Counted from the first letter of the stretch, positions 19,771 to 30,842 are shown. The stretch: 64,000 nt of DNA from an uncultured Parafilimonas sp. (GCA_903882935.1 CAIRZB010000114.1:16317-80316); one strand, 5' to 3'. The notes: generated by a model from the letters alone, not told the origin. Translations and numbers: made by a program.

Positions 19771-20877
19771 ATGAGCCGTAAAGGAAAAGTTTTGGTGGCC
19801 ATGAGCGGCGGTATTGACAGTACCGTAACGGCGCTCATGCTACACCACGAGGGGTATGAAGTGGTAGGTATTACTATGAAAACATGGGACTATGCCACCA
19901 GCGGCGGGGGCCATAAAGAAACAGGCTGCTGCAATTTAGACAGTTTTAACGATGCACGCCAGGCCGCGGTGCAACATGGGTTTCCACATTTTATACTTGA
20001 CATTCGCGACGAGTTTGGCGATTTTGTGATTGAGAATTTTGTGGAAGAATACATTGCCGGGCGCACGCCCAACCCCTGCGTTATGTGCAATACGCACATT
20101 AAATGGAGGGCATTGCTAAAAAGGGCAAATGCCCTGGGGTGCGATTTTATTGCCACCGGCCACTACGCCAACATTTACCAGGCAAACAACGGGAGGTACA
20201 CCATAAGCAAGGGATTGGACGAAATGAAAGACCAAAGCTATGTGCTGTGGGGGCTTGACCAAGAATTGTTGGCCCGCACCATTATGCCGCTGGGCAAATA
20301 TCGCAAACCCGCCATAAGGCAAATGGCGATAGACTATGGCTACCCCGAACTGGCGAAGAAAAGTGAAAGCTATGAAATATGCTTTGTGCCCGACAATGAC
20401 TATCGCGGGTTTTTAAAACGCAGGGTGGAGGGCTTGGAAGAAAGGGTTGACGGTGGATGGTTTGTTGACAAAACCGGCAAACGGCTAGGCCAGCATAAAG
20501 GGTACCCCTTTTATACAATCGGGCAGCGCAAAGGCCTTGACATTGCGCTGGGTAAGCCGGCCTATGTTACAGCCATAAACCCCGATACAAACACTGTTGT
20601 ATTGGGAGAAGAGGCCGACTTGGCCCAAAACGACATGTGGGTGGCAAAAATAAATTGGGTAAAGTACGATGGCATTACCAACGGCATGGAAGCCATTACC
20701 AAAATACGCTATAAAGACACAGGGGCATTGAGTAATTTATATGCTGATGACAAAGGTGTACGTGTGCACTTTTACGAAAACGTTAAGAGCATTGCCCCAG
20801 GCCAAAGTGCTGTTTTTTACGAAGGTGACGAAGTTATTGCGGGGGGCGTTATACAAAGGGGCGTCCTCTCCTTTTAG
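19771..20877 (+). CDS. mnmA: tRNA 2-thiouridine(34) synthase
   Basis: Contains the PP-loop SGGIDS and the conserved cysteines (CC.LD ... CVMCN) of MnmA. Confidence 0.9.
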   Translation: MSRKGKVLVAMSGGIDSTVTALMLHHEGYEVVGITMKTWDYATSGGGHKETGCCNLDSFNDARQAAVQHGFPHFILDIRDEFGDFVIENFVEEYIAGRTPNPCVMCNTHIKWRALLKRANALGCDFIATGHYANIYQANNGRYTISKGLDEMKDQSYVLWGLDQELLARTIMPLGKYRKPAIRQMAIDYGYPELAKKSESYEICFVPDNDYRGFLKRRVEGLEERVDGGWFVDKTGKRLGQHKGYPFYTIGQRKGLDIALGKPAYVTAINPDTNTVVLGEEADLAQNDMWVAKINWVKYDGITNGMEAITKIRYKDTGALSNLYADDKGVRVHFYENVKSIAPGQSAVFYEGDEVIAGGVIQRGVLSF

Positions 20878-21218
20878 CATTTTTTACATTATTTAAGCGG
20901 TAACCGTCAATTGGCGCAGAACTATAAACAGTAGTTTTTAAACATTAGATTATTTAGGGGCTTACCAGCCTATTAAAAAGTCTGTTAGGGCATTTTGCTG
21001 TAACAGGCTTTTTAGTGTAACATGTAGGCCTTAGCCTGTTAACTGCACATTCTTAATTAGGTCACCAGGTGCTAAAACCCTACTTTGCAAGCGTAATTTC
21101 GTCCAGCTTTTTAGCTTTAACACTTTCTAACCATATCTCCAGACAATTAATGGAAAGACAACCTGTTTAAGCCCAGAGGTTATTCTATTCAATTACCCAT
21201 CAATTAAAAAAGCACACA

Positions 21219-22487
21219 GTGAAAAAAATCTACTTATTGTTATTGTCTTGTATGGTTTTGGGGCTTGTTATTGCGCAACGCAACAATGCCTTTAAGCAGT
21301 ACCATCAAAAATTTCTAACTGCGGGCAACAAACCAATAATCAATGGTTTGCAGGGCGGCTGCGATACGATTAGCCCAACTTTTTTAAACGACTCAACGGT
21401 CATTTACCTAGTTGACAATACAGTGGGAGGGTTCGCTACCGGTACAAACGGCTATGGTGATTTAGCAAAAGCCCAGTATTTTGATGTATCGTCATCCAAC
21501 GATAACTACTTAAAAGAGGTTTACATATATTTTGCCGCAGCTAGCCCCAGTGACTTTTCAAAATGGGTACCTATTGATGTAATAGAAGGCACGGGGCATA
21601 AGGTTGGTGGTGTTATGGGAACGGCTTACCTTACCATGGATGCAATAGTTAACGATGTAAACCATAACAGATTTAGCCATGTGGTATTTAATGCCGCGTT
21701 AAACCTGCCCGCCTCTAAGCAATTTTATGTATCCGTTAATATGAAAAACCTACATTTTTTGCCAAACCATGATACACTCGCCATAGTGTCATCGCCTTTT
21801 GATAAAGGCTACGGTGCTTGGGATGAGTATAGCGACGGTACTTGGATTCCGTTTGCTTCACCCAATGATTATGGTAAAGATTTAAGTTTATATATCTACC
21901 CATTGTTAAGCCCTACCCCTACCTGCACTGCCATGCCGGTACACCTAACATCGTTAACCGGCCAGGCAAAGGAAAATAATGTGGTGCTAAACTGGCAGGT
22001 AACCCAGGAAGTAAACATGAAACAATACAACGTTGAGCGGGCATACAACAACTTACAGTTTGTATATGCGGGTACGGTGCCTGCAGTAAACACCAATATA
22101 AACCATACGTATAGTTATGTTGACCAAAACGCTGCAGGCGTAGCACCCGGCAATCTATATTACCGGTTAAAACAGGTAAATGCAGACGGCAATATCACTT
22201 ATTCAACCGTTACACAAGTACCCGTTACGGGTGCAAAATTCACGGCCAAAGTGGTTAACCCTTTCCACGGTGTTGTACACGTTAATATTACCTCGCCGAC
22301 GGTGCAAACATTGCAGGCCACCTTGTATGACTTGCAGGGGCGCAAAGTGGCAACCCTTGGCAGTAACGTGCTGGGTGTGGGCTATACTGTAATAACCCTG
22401 CCCACGGGGCCGCTGCCCAAAGGCATTTATATACTTAACCTTTCAACAGGTTCCATGGTTTATAAATACAAAATAGTAAACGAGTAA
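21219..22487 (+). CDS. T9SS type A sorting domain-containing secreted protein
   Basis: Has a signal peptide and a C-terminal Por_Secre_tail-like segment (KGIYILNLSTGSMVYKYKIVNE). Confidence 0.65.
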   Translation: MKKIYLLLLSCMVLGLVIAQRNNAFKQYHQKFLTAGNKPIINGLQGGCDTISPTFLNDSTVIYLVDNTVGGFATGTNGYGDLAKAQYFDVSSSNDNYLKEVYIYFAAASPSDFSKWVPIDVIEGTGHKVGGVMGTAYLTMDAIVNDVNHNRFSHVVFNAALNLPASKQFYVSVNMKNLHFLPNHDTLAIVSSPFDKGYGAWDEYSDGTWIPFASPNDYGKDLSLYIYPLLSPTPTCTAMPVHLTSLTGQAKENNVVLNWQVTQEVNMKQYNVERAYNNLQFVYAGTVPAVNTNINHTYSYVDQNAAGVAPGNLYYRLKQVNADGNITYSTVTQVPVTGAKFTAKVVNPFHGVVHVNITSPTVQTLQATLYDLQGRKVATLGSNVLGVGYTVITLPTGPLPKGIYILNLSTGSMVYKYKIVNE

Positions 22488-22587
22488 ATAATTTAAGTTG
22501 TACTAAAAAGCCTGTTAACGCGTTATGTGGCAACAGGCCTTTTAATTTATGTTAGGTACATTACGTAAACAATGTAATTTAGTGGTA

Positions 22588-23340
22588 ATGAAAAAAAAGG
22601 TGTACGGCCACTTGTTTTGCAGCCTATTGTTGCTGGCATCAACACTACCAGCATGTAAAAAACAAACGGAAACACTAAGCCTGCCAACACTGGCAGGCTA
22701 CTACCCGTTGCAGCCTGGTAAAATTTTAATTTACAGGCTCGATTCAACCCATCTTGACGCCACAGCCATGCAATTGCAGGTGAGCAGCTATTTGGTTAAA
22801 GACAGCACGGGTGCTTATTTTAACGATAACACCGGCCGCCCAACCTGCCCTGTGTACCGGTTTATTACCGATACAATGATGAATACGCCTTGGCAGGCCA
22901 TGTATACCTACTATGTAACTGAAACCAGCCAACTGGCTGAAGTGGTAGACGATAATAACATGCGTTTTATAAAGCTTAAGCAGCCGGTTAGCGAAAGTTA
23001 TTCATGGCCGGGCAATTCATACATTAACACAACTAACCCCGATTACCAATACCTGGCAAATTGGAATTACATTTACCAAAATGTAAACCAGCCTTATACA
23101 GTGCTAAAAGGCAATATGGACAGCACAGTGACTGTTTTTCAAATTGACGACACCTCCCCGCCGGGCGATTTTGACCCCACTAGATACCAACAACGCACCT
23201 ATTCGCTGGAAGTGTACGCAAAAGGCACAGGCTTAGTGTACAAAGATTTTTTACATTGGACGTGGCAAACTGACCCGCCACCCGCACAATACGACCATGC
23301 GAGTTATGGCGTTCGGTTAAATTTGCTTGACGTTAAATAA
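22588..23340 (+). CDS. hypothetical lipoprotein
   Basis: The start MKKKVYGHLFCSLLLLASTLPAC carries a lipobox. No recognisable catalytic motifs were seen. Confidence 0.45.
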   Translation: MKKKVYGHLFCSLLLLASTLPACKKQTETLSLPTLAGYYPLQPGKILIYRLDSTHLDATAMQLQVSSYLVKDSTGAYFNDNTGRPTCPVYRFITDTMMNTPWQAMYTYYVTETSQLAEVVDDNNMRFIKLKQPVSESYSWPGNSYINTTNPDYQYLANWNYIYQNVNQPYTVLKGNMDSTVTVFQIDDTSPPGDFDPTRYQQRTYSLEVYAKGTGLVYKDFLHWTWQTDPPPAQYDHASYGVRLNLLDVK

Positions 23341-23350
23341 ATACCGGCAG

Positions 23351-25339
23351 ATGGAAAAAAATTTATACCGTAGTATTTTTACCCATAAACACCAACGGCT
23401 ATGCATTGGCTTAAAGGCTTTGCTTACTTTGGCCCTAAGTATTTTTTTTACCCTCGGCACTTTTGCACAGTTTGATAAGTACACCATTAGTTTTACCGAT
23501 AAAAAAAACTCGCCCTACAGCATTGCAAACCCGGCGGCATACCTCTCCCAAAAATCAATTGCCCGGCGGTTAAAATACTACATTGGCATTGACAGTACAG
23601 ACTTGCCGGTTAACCCCGCATACATAGCACAGGTGCTGGCAAAAGGCAATATCAGGTTGCTTGTACAATCCAAATGGCTAAACGACATTTTGGTGTACAC
23701 AAAAGATACAACCGCTTTACAAGCCGTAAGCACCCTGCCTTTTGTAAAAAAAACACTGGGCGTTAGCCCCAACAAGACCTTTCCGCACAGGCCTGCAAAG
23801 TTTACTGAAGAAACCCATTTTATGCCGCGGCCAGCACTTACCAACGGCTTAAAGGGCGATACCACACAATACGGTGCCACACAAAACCAAGTACATATAC
23901 ACCATGGGGAGTTTTTACACAACAAAGGGTATACCGGCAATGGCATAACCATTGCCATGTTAGACGCGGGTTTTTACCATTACAAAAGCCTGCAGGCGTT
24001 CGATAGCCTGTTGGCCAATAACCAGGTTTTGGGGGTGAGGGATTTTGTGGCCTTTGACAATACCGTTGACGAAGACGACCCCCATGGCATGGAGTGCCTA
24101 AGCACCATCGCTGCAAACATTCCGGGTGTTATGGTAGGCACCGCCCCCAAGGCAAGCTTTTGGCTGTTGCGGAGCGAGGACGCGGCCAGCGAGTACCCCA
24201 TTGAGGAACATAACTGGGTAACCGCAGCTGAATTTGCCGACAGTGCGGGGGCTGATATGATATCATCTTCGTTGGGGTACACAATTTTTGATAACCCTGC
24301 TTTTAACCACAGCTACACCGATTTTTATAACAACAATACCATGGTTACCCAAGGCGCATCCATGGCGGCTAAAAAGGGGCTTATTGTTACCAACAGTGCG
24401 GGTAACAGTGGCGGCGACAGTTGGAAATACTTAGTTTTTCCGGCAGATGCCGACAGCATTTGTACGGTTGGCGCAGTTAACAACAATAATATTATTGCAC
24501 CCTTTAGCAGTTATGGTTACCCGGGCAAAATAAAACCCAATATTGTGTCAGTTGGCGAAGGCACAACTGTTTTTGGGGCGGGCGGCACACCGGTATCCGG
24601 CAACGGCACATCTTTCTCCAACCCAAACATCAATGGGCTTATCGCATGCCTGTGGCAAGCTTTCCCCCAGTATAATAACATGGCCATATTAGATGCAGTG
24701 TATAAAAGCGCCGATAAATACAACAACCCAGATAACCGGTATGGGTACGGCCTGCCCAATATGCAAACGGCTTACCTTATTTTAAAGAAAAAGCAAAACG
24801 ACTCCCTGTATGGAAGCACTTGGTTATTTGCAGCGCCTAACCCGTTTACAGACAGCCTGCATGTTAGGTTGATAGGGCAGGAAAATGGGCCAGCAACACT
24901 AACCCTTAAAGATGCAGGCGGCAATACCGTGGCCATTATACAGCTCATTACCGAAACAGCGGAAGTGTATGATACGGTTTTTACCAACCTGGCCAATTAC
25001 CTTGGGGGGTATTATAGCGTTACTTATACCGGCCCCACTTCAAACAACAGCATAAAAGTTTTTAAAAAAGGTATTCTGCTAAGCGATTGGCTTGAAGCTA
25101 TGCCTGTACCATTTACGCAACAACTAAATGTGTATATAAAAGCGCCCGAAACCGGCAGTATTAGCGTAAGGCTTATTGATGCCGCTGGCCGAATAATAAG
25201 CACCAATATTATTGCAACGCAGCAAGGCAACGTTTATAGCGTGCCAATTACCAATACTGCTGCCTTGGCAAAAGGGGTGTATTTTATACAATACACTGGG
25301 GCCACACAAAAAAGAACAATAAAGGTGTTAAAGGGCTGA
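23351..25339 (+). CDS. S8 family serine peptidase (subtilisin-like) with T9SS C-terminal sorting domain
   Basis: Catalytic Asp (IAMLDAGF), His (DDPHGME) and Ser (GNGTSFSNP) are all present. The C-terminal KGVYFIQYTGATQKRTIKVLKG is a T9SS tail. Confidence 0.8.
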   Translation: MEKNLYRSIFTHKHQRLCIGLKALLTLALSIFFTLGTFAQFDKYTISFTDKKNSPYSIANPAAYLSQKSIARRLKYYIGIDSTDLPVNPAYIAQVLAKGNIRLLVQSKWLNDILVYTKDTTALQAVSTLPFVKKTLGVSPNKTFPHRPAKFTEETHFMPRPALTNGLKGDTTQYGATQNQVHIHHGEFLHNKGYTGNGITIAMLDAGFYHYKSLQAFDSLLANNQVLGVRDFVAFDNTVDEDDPHGMECLSTIAANIPGVMVGTAPKASFWLLRSEDAASEYPIEEHNWVTAAEFADSAGADMISSSLGYTIFDNPAFNHSYTDFYNNNTMVTQGASMAAKKGLIVTNSAGNSGGDSWKYLVFPADADSICTVGAVNNNNIIAPFSSYGYPGKIKPNIVSVGEGTTVFGAGGTPVSGNGTSFSNPNINGLIACLWQAFPQYNNMAILDAVYKSADKYNNPDNRYGYGLPNMQTAYLILKKKQNDSLYGSTWLFAAPNPFTDSLHVRLIGQENGPATLTLKDAGGNTVAIIQLITETAEVYDTVFTNLANYLGGYYSVTYTGPTSNNSIKVFKKGILLSDWLEAMPVPFTQQLNVYIKAPETGSISVRLIDAAGRIISTNIIATQQGNVYSVPITNTAALAKGVYFIQYTGATQKRTIKVLKG

Positions 25340-25430
25340 TGCTACACATTGTAGACATCTTTCACAAAAAGCACTATACTTTTTATACCGAATACCTGTT
25401 TTACACCATTACTTTTGCAGAAAAATATAT

Positions 25431-25793
25431 ATGCAATCTGCAACCGGCATAAAACCGCCCAACGCAACCTGCCAAGTATACCTACGCGCGGTACATGACT
25501 CCTTGGACATACTGGGCGGCAAATGGAAGATAGCCATTTTAGGTGCTCTAAAGTTTGGCAACCGCCGCTTTAAAGACCTACAACGCGAGGTGAACGGCAT
25601 AACAGCCAAAATGCTGTCCAAAGAATTGAAAGAGCTTGAGATGAACCAACTGGTAAAACGTACAGTGTACGACAGCAAGCCTGTTGCTGTTGAATATGAG
25701 CTTACCCATTACGGCGCATCGCTTGACGAGGTTTTGGATGCTTTAATGAACTGGGGCTTAGCCCATAGGAAAAGAATAATGGTAAAAAAATAA
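25431..25793 (+). CDS. HxlR family winged-helix transcriptional regulator
   Basis: The motif C..Y.....D.LGGKWK..IL..L and a 120-aa length fit HxlR-type regulators. Confidence 0.8.
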   Translation: MQSATGIKPPNATCQVYLRAVHDSLDILGGKWKIAILGALKFGNRRFKDLQREVNGITAKMLSKELKELEMNQLVKRTVYDSKPVAVEYELTHYGASLDEVLDALMNWGLAHRKRIMVKK

Positions 25794-25907
25794 TGGCACC
25801 GCAGGGTTTGCCCATTTGTATTAAATATCCCCATTCTTTTATAGTTCTGTTGACATAAGGCTGTCACTAACTGGCTGTTCCTTTGCTTCATCACAAAAAA
25901 AAAGTAT

Positions 25908-26405
25908 ATGTTAATCATCCCAATGCTAGTAAAGGAGATGGAAGAAGAAGCCGTAACTACCCGCAAAATGCTGGAGCGAGTGCCTGTAGAAAAATTTGAG
26001 TGGCAGCCGCATATCAAAAGCATGACCATGCTAAGGCTTGCCACCCATGTGGCCGAGCTACCAGGCTGGGTTGCCATGGCATTAAACACCAGTGAGTTAG
26101 ATTTTGCCAACGGCGATTACCAACCTTTTTTAGCCACCAGCTCAACAGAATTGTTGGAACATTTTGAAAAATCGCTCAATGAAGGCCTGGCCAGCTTGCG
26201 CCACGCAAACGAAAGCCAGCTGGAGGAAATGTGGACGTTACGCAACGGCGAAACGATTTATTCCGTGCGCACCAAGGCCGAAGTTATCCGCATGGCATAT
26301 TGCCAAACCGTACACCACCGGGCGCAATTGGGTGTGTATTTACGCTTGTTGGATATACCCATACCGGGCAGCTACGGCCCCAGTGCCGACGAGGGCAGTT
26401 TATAA
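25908..26405 (+). CDS. DinB-family (DinB_2/YfiT-like) protein
   Basis: It is 165 aa with His-containing helical-bundle motifs (ATHVAE, HHRAQL). Confidence 0.7.
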   Translation: MLIIPMLVKEMEEEAVTTRKMLERVPVEKFEWQPHIKSMTMLRLATHVAELPGWVAMALNTSELDFANGDYQPFLATSSTELLEHFEKSLNEGLASLRHANESQLEEMWTLRNGETIYSVRTKAEVIRMAYCQTVHHRAQLGVYLRLLDIPIPGSYGPSADEGSL

Positions 26406-26525
26406 GTTAAAATAGAAAAGGCCTGTAAGCTTTGGCTATATGTTTTAACAATTGAACAGGTGCGCAATCGCCATACCTGCTTTCGCAGGTATGGCGGCAC
26501 AAGCCACGATATTTACAGGCCTTTT

Positions 26526-28253
26526 TTATTTAACCAACCGGTACACGGGGTAACGCAAATGGGCAGGCTCGTACCAAGGCGAAAGCCGGTACACAAACTC
26601 AAGCTGTGCTTCGGCGGAGGCTGCAAATTTCGCATCGTTGGCCTTCTTTTCTTCCAATGCTTTCATCATCTCAGGGTGTTCCTTCACAAATATTTCTGCT
26701 ACATCCTCCCAACGGTAGTCGCTATAACCTTCCTTCTGTTGCAGTACTGCATCAAAAAAATTCCAGCTAAAAAAGCTATCATCCCCCAAAGGCTCCAAGG
26801 TTTCCACAATATAACGGTCGCGGGCTTGGCCGGTGTACACCACATAATCACCTTTTAAAAAATGTATGTTTTGCGTTTGTGTACCCAACCTTACATCATA
26901 ATTACGGTGGTGCTTTTCATAGGCTCTCGGGCTGCTTTTATAATCATCAATATGGTAAGCATCCACGTTTATAGTTGTATCTACGGCCAGCCGTTGCATA
27001 TCAACACCGTTTATTTTCAATAGGTCAATCACGTTCCACCAACCTTGCGGTATTATGTAGGCACGGGGCTTAACAACGGTTCTGTCTGGTATATAATAAT
27101 TGTAAAAACGCACCTGCTTGTCGTAGGGCTTCGTGTGGTCAAAAAACATTCTCTGCCTGCCGGTGACGCCACTTGTTTTATAACCAGCTTCAAACCCCTT
27201 AAAGGGTATTATGTCAAAGCGCGTTGTGTCGGGTTTCCAACTCAACACAAATTCTGTTTGCTTCCGCAATGCCTCTATGGTGTGTTTGCGGGTGGCGATA
27301 ATCGAATCTGCGTGTAATGAGGCTTGCTCAACAAGGGTTTGCATAAGGGCATAGGTGCTGGCCACCCTGTCGGCAAAAGGCTTAAGCATATGTGTTTCGG
27401 GTATAAAAGAGATGGTGGAGAACAACGCCGCATAGCCACTGCTGTACTTAGGCGGCTCGTAAAAAGCAGTCCAGCCATCGCCGGGGTCTGTTCCCTCGGC
27501 ATTAATGTAAGGGCTCATTACCCAGTTTTTTTTGGCCATGCCCCGGTAAAGTGCCGAATCAAAAACATCGTGCGCAAACCTACCAAGCTCTCCTTGCAGC
27601 TTATTGTGCTGGGTGCTTATCAGTGTCATCGTGTAGCGGTAATCGGCACCGTCGCTCACATGGTTATCGCTAAACACATCGGGGTTAACCCACTGGAAAA
27701 TTTTGGCAAATGCCCTGGCATTTTTTGAATCTGACTTTATAAAATCGCGGTTTAAGTCAAGGTTTTGGGCATTGCCCCTAAAGCCGTAGCTCTCCGGCCC
27801 GTTTTGGTTGACCCTTGAAAAGCCGCCCCTGTTTAGGCTTCCCCCAATATTATACAATGGTATAACTGCCAGGGCAACATTTGCGGAAACCTTTATTTTG
27901 CCGCTTGCAAGGTCGCGCAGCAACATCATACAAGCATCCACGCCGTCTGGCTCTCCGGGGTGTATGCCGTTGTTAATCAATAAAACAACTTTTTTTTGTT
28001 TATGCCAATCCCTTGGGTTAAATTGCCTATCGGCACTAAATAACACAACATTAAGCGGGTAGCCGGCATCGGTGGTATCAGCTGTTTTAAGTTGTAGGTT
28101 TGGGTAAGTGGCAGCCAGTTTTTTGTAGTAGGCTATACAATCGGCATAAGTCGCAGTTTGCAAACCGTGGCTTTTTTCAAAAGGCGTTGCCAAGTGTTGG
28201 GCGTGTAAAAATGAAAATATAAAAATTTGTGTGGCGAGTATGGCTTTTTTCAT
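26526..28253 (-). CDS. M14 family zinc carboxypeptidase
   Basis: Has a signal peptide and the zinc-binding block NNGIHPGEPDG. Confidence 0.8.
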   Translation of the reverse strand: MKKAILATQIFIFSFLHAQHLATPFEKSHGLQTATYADCIAYYKKLAATYPNLQLKTADTTDAGYPLNVVLFSADRQFNPRDWHKQKKVVLLINNGIHPGEPDGVDACMMLLRDLASGKIKVSANVALAVIPLYNIGGSLNRGGFSRVNQNGPESYGFRGNAQNLDLNRDFIKSDSKNARAFAKIFQWVNPDVFSDNHVSDGADYRYTMTLISTQHNKLQGELGRFAHDVFDSALYRGMAKKNWVMSPYINAEGTDPGDGWTAFYEPPKYSSGYAALFSTISFIPETHMLKPFADRVASTYALMQTLVEQASLHADSIIATRKHTIEALRKQTEFVLSWKPDTTRFDIIPFKGFEAGYKTSGVTGRQRMFFDHTKPYDKQVRFYNYYIPDRTVVKPRAYIIPQGWWNVIDLLKINGVDMQRLAVDTTINVDAYHIDDYKSSPRAYEKHHRNYDVRLGTQTQNIHFLKGDYVVYTGQARDRYIVETLEPLGDDSFFSWNFFDAVLQQKEGYSDYRWEDVAEIFVKEHPEMMKALEEKKANDAKFAASAEAQLEFVYRLSPWYEPAHLRYPVYRLVK

Positions 28254-28283
28254 TAATTTGTTATTGAATTCACCATAAAAATA

Positions 28284-28982
28284 ATGGAAAACACTTACAG
28301 AATATTATTAGCCGAAGACGAACCCAAGTTAAGCCAAGTAATTCAAGACGAATTAACCAGGCAGGGGTACCAAGCTGATGTGGCTTACGACGGCTTGATT
28401 GCTGAAAAGCTGTTTAAGCAACATGCCTATTCATTGGTACTGCTTGACATTAACCTACCTTACAAAAACGGCTTGGCACTTTGCAAGGAGTTTAGGGAAA
28501 TAAACAAAAACGTACCCATTATTATGCTTACGGCATTGGGGGAGATAAACGATAAAATTGATGCGTTTAACTTGGGGGCGGATGATTATATAGTAAAACC
28601 TTTTCATTTTGACGAGCTCTCCGCACGCATAAAGGTTTTCATAAAACGCGCGGATTCGGTACAAGAAACGGGTGAAAAAATTGTTGTTGCCGACATGGAA
28701 ATTGACATGAGCAACAAAACGGTTAACCGTAGCGGCAAAAATATTAACCTAACAGCAAAGGAATTTGCGTTGCTGGTTTTGCTTAGCCGCAATAAAGGCA
28801 AAGTAATATCCAAACACGATATACTTGAAAAAGTTTGGGACCTAAGTTTTGACACAGGCACCAACACTATAGAGGTATACATTAGCTTTTTACGAAACAA
28901 AATAGATAAACCTTTTGAAACAAAGCTTATACACACAAAACCCGGTTTTGGGTATTATGTGCGTGAAGCGCCACTTACATGA
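28284..28982 (+). CDS. OmpR-family response regulator transcription factor
   Basis: Contains the receiver domain (LLAEDEP ... LVLLDINLP ... MLTA) and a winged-helix C-terminus. Confidence 0.9.
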   Translation: MENTYRILLAEDEPKLSQVIQDELTRQGYQADVAYDGLIAEKLFKQHAYSLVLLDINLPYKNGLALCKEFREINKNVPIIMLTALGEINDKIDAFNLGADDYIVKPFHFDELSARIKVFIKRADSVQETGEKIVVADMEIDMSNKTVNRSGKNINLTAKEFALLVLLSRNKGKVISKHDILEKVWDLSFDTGTNTIEVYISFLRNKIDKPFETKLIHTKPGFGYYVREAPLT

Positions 28983-30349
28983 GCCTAAGGTTACGATTTG
29001 TGCTTTTACATACCTTATTGGTATCTATTTTATTAGCTACCTCGTTTTTGCTTATTTATCTAATTTATTCCAATACCCGCGATGATGATTTTTCAAAACG
29101 GCTTTGGGCCCAGGCTGTTATAAGTTACAAAAGCTTTGATGCTGGCTGGATACCGGGTAAAGCTGAAGCCGAACTGCTCGATAACTCGGCTGTAGGTGCT
29201 TTGGCTAACCCTTCAGTGGCCATTATTGACAGCGCAGGGTCGTTAGTGTCAGAAAAACCAGCCGCAGATGGAATCTCTTGGGACCGTCCCTTGCTATTAA
29301 GCATACAAAAACAACAGCATTTTTTATACAAAGATGATTACTTCGCTTGCTTGGGCATGTACCTACCCACAACCGGGCATTACGTTATTGTTAAAGCAAA
29401 CGACAAATATGGCTTGGCACGCATGGCAAAGCTACGGTGGATTATGTTACTCGCTGGTACTAGCACCATTGCCGCCATTGCGCTCTTCTCATTTTTTTAT
29501 GTAATGCGTACAACAAAGCCACTGGTTGGGCTAAGCATGCAAATGCGCAACATATCAGAAAATAACCTGCGGGAGCGTTTTAATATTGGAAAGGGCAACA
29601 TAGAAAACAATGAGCTTATGCAGGTAAGTGCCAACTTTAACGGCATGTTGGAGCGGTTGGAAAAGGCCTTTGACATGCAAAAAAGCTTTACACACCACGC
29701 ATCGCACGAGTTAAGAACACCTTTGGCAAGCATGTTGGCACAAACAGAGCTGGCCTTACGTAAAAACCTAACCATTGAGGAGGCGAAAGAGGTGCTGCTG
29801 TCTTTAAAAGAAGACCAGCAAGAGTTGATTGAGCTAACCAACTCGCTATTGTTGTTATCCCAATATGAAAAAATAAGCTACTCGTCAGACTGGCCGATGG
29901 TGCGCATTGATGAATTGTTGTATGATACCATTAGCATGATCAAGCGGATGTTCCCCAACATTAGCATAAGCCTTGAGTTTTTGGAGATGCCCGAAAATGA
30001 GCTAAGCTTGTCCATCAGTGGCAATTACACACTGCTACGCTCTGCGTTTCGAAACTTGATAAAAAACGCCTTTCAATATTCTGAGGATAAAACTGTATTT
30101 ATTACCATTAAGGCAACTGGCAATTCAATTGACCTACATTTTGACAATAAAGGCAAAACGTTGAACACAAAAGACCAAGACAGGCTGTTTATACCCTTCT
30201 TCAGGGGTGAGAATGCCATACGCAAACGGGGTTTTGGCTTGGGGCTGTCTATTGTAAAACGTATTGTACAGTTACACCAAGGTACTATTGCCTACGAGGC
30301 TGTAAACGAAAAAACAAACCGCTTTACGGTGTCTTTTGCCAAGGTATAA
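28979..30349 (+). CDS. sensor histidine kinase (two TM segments, HisKA HELRTPLASM, HATPase_c)
   Basis: The H-box HELRTPL and G-box GFGLGLSIVKRIV are present. It overlaps the response regulator gene by 4 nt. Confidence 0.85.
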   Translation: MSLRLRFVLLHTLLVSILLATSFLLIYLIYSNTRDDDFSKRLWAQAVISYKSFDAGWIPGKAEAELLDNSAVGALANPSVAIIDSAGSLVSEKPAADGISWDRPLLLSIQKQQHFLYKDDYFACLGMYLPTTGHYVIVKANDKYGLARMAKLRWIMLLAGTSTIAAIALFSFFYVMRTTKPLVGLSMQMRNISENNLRERFNIGKGNIENNELMQVSANFNGMLERLEKAFDMQKSFTHHASHELRTPLASMLAQTELALRKNLTIEEAKEVLLSLKEDQQELIELTNSLLLLSQYEKISYSSDWPMVRIDELLYDTISMIKRMFPNISISLEFLEMPENELSLSISGNYTLLRSAFRNLIKNAFQYSEDKTVFITIKATGNSIDLHFDNKGKTLNTKDQDRLFIPFFRGENAIRKRGFGLGLSIVKRIVQLHQGTIAYEAVNEKTNRFTVSFAKV

Positions 30350-30377
30350 ATAAAAAATCCCGCCGCTAGCGGGATAC
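30350..30377. terminator. bidirectional Rho-independent terminator between HK gene and rpsT
   Basis: The hairpin ATCCCGCcgctaGCGGGAT is flanked by an A-run on the plus strand and a T-run on the minus strand. Confidence 0.7.
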
Positions 30378-30400
30378 AATAATTTACTGCTAAATGGCAA

Positions 30401-30655
30401 TTAAGCTTTTACGGCTACTCTTTTAGCCAATTGGCTTTTTAAGTTGGCCGCTTTATTTTTATGTATAATGCCGCGCTTTGCCAGTTTATCAATCATAGAA
30501 ACCACAGTAGGTAATTTTTCCGCCTGAGCCTTCTCGTCTTTAATCTCTTTCAGGTCACGTATGGCATTACGGGTAGTTTTACCATAGTAACGGTTCCTGT
30601 CCCTGCGGGTAGCGGCCTGCCTGGTATCTTTTTTTGTAGCTGAATGGTTTGCCAT
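30401..30655 (-). CDS. rpsT: 30S ribosomal protein S20
   Basis: An 84-aa basic protein matching the S20 pattern MANHSATKKDTRQAATRRDRNRYYGKTTRNAI.... Confidence 0.9.
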   Translation of the reverse strand: MANHSATKKDTRQAATRRDRNRYYGKTTRNAIRDLKEIKDEKAQAEKLPTVVSMIDKLAKRGIIHKNKAANLKSQLAKRVAVKA

Positions 30656-30842
30656 TAAAAATTCTTTTTTGGGAGGGCAAAGGTATGGGTATTAAATTGA
30701 AAAAAAAAATATTATCCGTAAAAATATTTCCGGGTACCTGAATAAAAAAATCGTATTAACACATTTTTCTACAATGAACTTATGGCGAATAAACGATATT
30801 TGCAAACGATTTATGTTGTAACACGATAGATCGCTCCAAGCC

